NCBI GenBank assembly: GCA_026387435.1
Contig: JAPLLS010000046.1
Coordinates: forward strand, 1-58,678
Reading direction: 5' to 3'
DNA length: 58,678 bases
Origin: Candidatus Omnitrophota bacterium
Lineage (GTDB): Bacteria; Omnitrophota; Gorgyraeia; Gygaellales; Profunditerraquicolaceae
How positions within the stretch are numbered: the first letter of the stretch is position 1; the number at the start of each line of letters is the position of its first letter. Below are positions 57,202-58,678 of the stretch, piece after piece. A program made the position numbers and the translations under genes. The notes beneath the pieces are model-generated. The model saw nothing but the letters and a program-made list of their open reading frames with translations, made no database searches and had not been told where the DNA came from.

Positions 57202-58678
57202 ATGAAAAAAAATGTGGGCATCGTTTTATCTTTACTTGCCGTATTAAGCATAAGCATTTATTTTCGGAGCTATCCTATTTTTTTACCCCAGTTTGTCAAG
57301 CTTGCCGGACAAAAGGTGGATCGCCAAGTCCAGCAGAGGATAGCCCGGGAAATCAGTAAAAACTTTCCCGCTCTTTCCGACGTGGCTAAATCCAAATTAT
57401 TCGATGCTGCGGTAAAGGATTATGAGAAAACCAACAAAAAAACCCTCCAAGAGCAAAAGAAAGAAGAGTTTGCCAGGTTGAAAGACCGCTTCCAAGATAA
57501 GTTCGGCCGGACATATTTGATGGAGTTGGACGGTTGGAATTGGGCAAGATACGTAGAGAACATCGACCGCCTGGGCCGGACAGGTGACGAGGTCAAGGAT
57601 GGCAAACAGCATGATAACCTGATGGTTTTTCCTCAGGGGAGAGATTTCAATTGGAGCACTTTTTTCTATTACACTTCTTGGGCGGCCTATAAGTTTTTTG
57701 CCTTATTTAAACCGATTGTTCTTTTTGATTTTATTTTCTACCTGCCCTTATTTTTTTTATCAGTTTTCATTATCCTTTTATATTTTTTTTGCTGCCGGTA
57801 TTGGGGAAGCATTACAGCTTTTATTTGCTGTATTTTTGTGGGGACGGCACCGATTTTTATACCTCGAAGCTGCGTTGGGTGGTTTGATCTTGATATTTTG
57901 ACCATGATTTTCCCGCTTTTGATCATCTGGTTTTACATTCATGCTTATAATTCTTCTTCCTGGCCGCGCAGTGTTGGTTGGGCTGTTTTGGCGTCTTTAT
58001 GGCTGAGCTTGTTCTGCGCGACCTGGCTCGGTTGGTCGTTAATTTTGGCCATTATTTTTTTCTACGAGTTTATCGTACTGGCCAATTGTTTTTCCGAGAG
58101 GTTCCAGTACGGCCAGGATACTTCCGGCGAGATCAAAAGGCATCTGTTAGTTTTTACGACTTTTCTATTCTTCGGAGTGTTCTGGATAATTTTGTTTTCC
58201 GGATTTGAGCCTTTAGATGCCCTGGCGGCGCAGATAAAATCCGCCGTCTCTTTAAATAACCCTTTGACCTCGATTATCTGGCCGAATGTCTACTCTACGG
58301 TGGGCGAATTAAAAAAAGGCGACTACTTATCCGTAGCCAATGCGGTGGGTGGGGTTTTCATGCTGGCTATTGTATTATTATTAATGCTCTGGAGCTTCCT
58401 GAAGATCAAGAAATACAGGGGCGCGAAAAGAGAGTTGCTGATAATCATGGTGGTCTGGTTTATGACCGTATTTTTCTTGTGCTCTAAAGGCATCAGATTC
58501 GCGATATACTTGCTGATCCCCATGGGAGTGTTTCTGGGCTGGGGTATAGTTGAGCTGTACGAATTTATTTTGGAAAAAGGCCGGAAGTTGTTTTTGGTCC
58601 CGTTGACTCTTGGTTTGGTCTGGCTGGCGGGCTCTAGTATCCAAAAAGCCGACAACACGGCCAAAGGCTGCCTGCCGC
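57202..58678 (+). CDS. STT3/PglB/AglB-family oligosaccharyltransferase (3' partial, absent from the ORF track)
   Basis: Frame open from ATG 57202 to the window end; multi-TM; MELDGWNW, RSCVGWFDLD (RSxxGxxDxD), STVGE (TIXE-like) and GIRF motifs. Confidence 0.85.
   Translation, partial: MKKNVGIVLSLLAVLSISIYFRSYPIFLPQFVKLAGQKVDRQVQQRIAREISKNFPALSDVAKSKLFDAAVKDYEKTNKKTLQEQKKEEFARLKDRFQDKFGRTYLMELDGWNWARYVENIDRLGRTGDEVKDGKQHDNLMVFPQGRDFNWSTFFYYTSWAAYKFFALFKPIVLFDFIFYLPLFFLSVFIILLYFFCCRYWGSITAFICCIFVGTAPIFIPRSCVGWFDLDILTMIFPLLIIWFYIHAYNSSSWPRSVGWAVLASLWLSLFCATWLGWSLILAIIFFYEFIVLANCFSERFQYGQDTSGEIKRHLLVFTTFLFFGVFWIILFSGFEPLDALAAQIKSAVSLNNPLTSIIWPNVYSTVGELKKGDYLSVANAVGGVFMLAIVLLLMLWSFLKIKKYRGAKRELLIIMVVWFMTVFFLCSKGIRFAIYLLIPMGVFLGWGIVELYEFILEKGRKLFLVPLTLGLVWLAGSSIQKADNTAKGCLP

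Noticed and set aside
57397-58664. Short ORFs on both strands at the window end
   Set aside because: They are shadows of the unlisted STT3 ORF starting at 57202.

Overview
This window is a co-oriented (+ strand) bacterial core-genome segment. Gene order and content are suggestive of Ca. Omnitrophota/PVC, but that assignment is an inference. It carries his genes, trpE, rpsP-yajC-secDF, a minimal mfd, surA-pdxA-rsmA, a FtsX/MacB-type ABC pair, pgk-tpiA-secG, a peptide ABC transporter, rplM-rpsI, argCJBDFGH, lysA-dapFAB-M42-dapL, folK-panC-nadX and uvrA. These are followed by a TPR/ExbB/ExbD/TonB-like module, a type IV pilus/T2SS-like cluster, and an STT3-type oligosaccharyltransferase that runs off the end. 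Main highlights: (1) Five dispersed copies of a ~110-170 bp two-hairpin intergenic element with strong covariation, invariant tandem G.A mismatches and C(GNA)G loops, which points to a structured ssDNA/RNA mobile repeat. (2) Five pilin-like proteins carry 19 N-X-S/T sequons next to an STT3 OST, suggesting archaeal-style N-glycosylation of pili. (3) 10-bp-phased RAGTAA arrays lie upstream of dapF and of a BldC/Xis-like HTH gene heading the pilus operon. (4) ExbD has Asn in place of its essential Asp. (5) Mfd is reduced to ~630 aa. (6) Four apparent short internal deletions (PG-binding lipoprotein, trpE, argB, start of a small basic protein) may be assembly artefacts. No rRNA, tRNA, CRISPR array or transposase was seen.
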